Assembly (NCBI GenBank): GCA_963783575.1
Contig: CAWAOD010000005.1
Coordinates: forward strand, 128,001-192,000
Direction: 5' to 3'
Source: an uncultured Spirochaetota bacterium
Lineage (GTDB): Bacteria; Spirochaetota; Brevinematia; Brevinematales; JAOACQ01
DNA: 64,000 bases
The notes under the pieces were generated by a model. It had not been told where the DNA came from and made no database searches. It saw only the letters and a program-made list of their open reading frames with translations. Shown here piece by piece: positions 63,963 to 64,000 of the stretch. A program made the position numbers and the translations under genes. Each line of letters opens with the position of its first letter. Position 1 is the first letter of the stretch.

Positions 63963-64000
63963 AATGTTGTCCCTGGTATTGGGTTCTGCATATGTAATAA

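Overview
Low-GC bacterial chromosome window; the host is not determinable from sequence alone (a spirochaete-like diderm is a guess). 1-14.3 kb is housekeeping DNA: thioesterase, aroQ, Xaa-Pro peptidase, efp, accB-like, accC, asp23, amaP, RlmI-type methyltransferase, a tandem-ComFB protein, gmhA and an hddC-gmhB fusion. It is followed by an MNT/HEPN remnant and tRNA-Lys/tRNA-Asn. From tRNA-Asn (15.2 kb) onward is a mosaic accessory region with TA modules, oxidoreductase clusters, pseudogenes, four IS elements (IS4, IS21, ISNCY, IS630) and a 149-bp MITE. Highlights: (1) an AT-rich UG/Abi class-3 (DRT1-like) reverse transcriptase-nitrilase gene, split by one missing T in a homopolymer, in a probable defence locus with a kinase/PIN-GNAT/ASCH module; (2) an unexplained 21-bp-periodic array of TTCNGAA palindromes between these two modules; (3) at least six dispersed copies of a ~140-bp sequence, four ending in a copy of the tRNA-Asn 3' end, that encodes a conserved ~48-aa minus-strand peptide, suggesting repeated integration of elements whose attP lies inside a gene; (4) an AccB-like protein lacking the biotinylated lysine. 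Many single-base frameshifts suggest long-read indel errors, so split genes should be read with caution.
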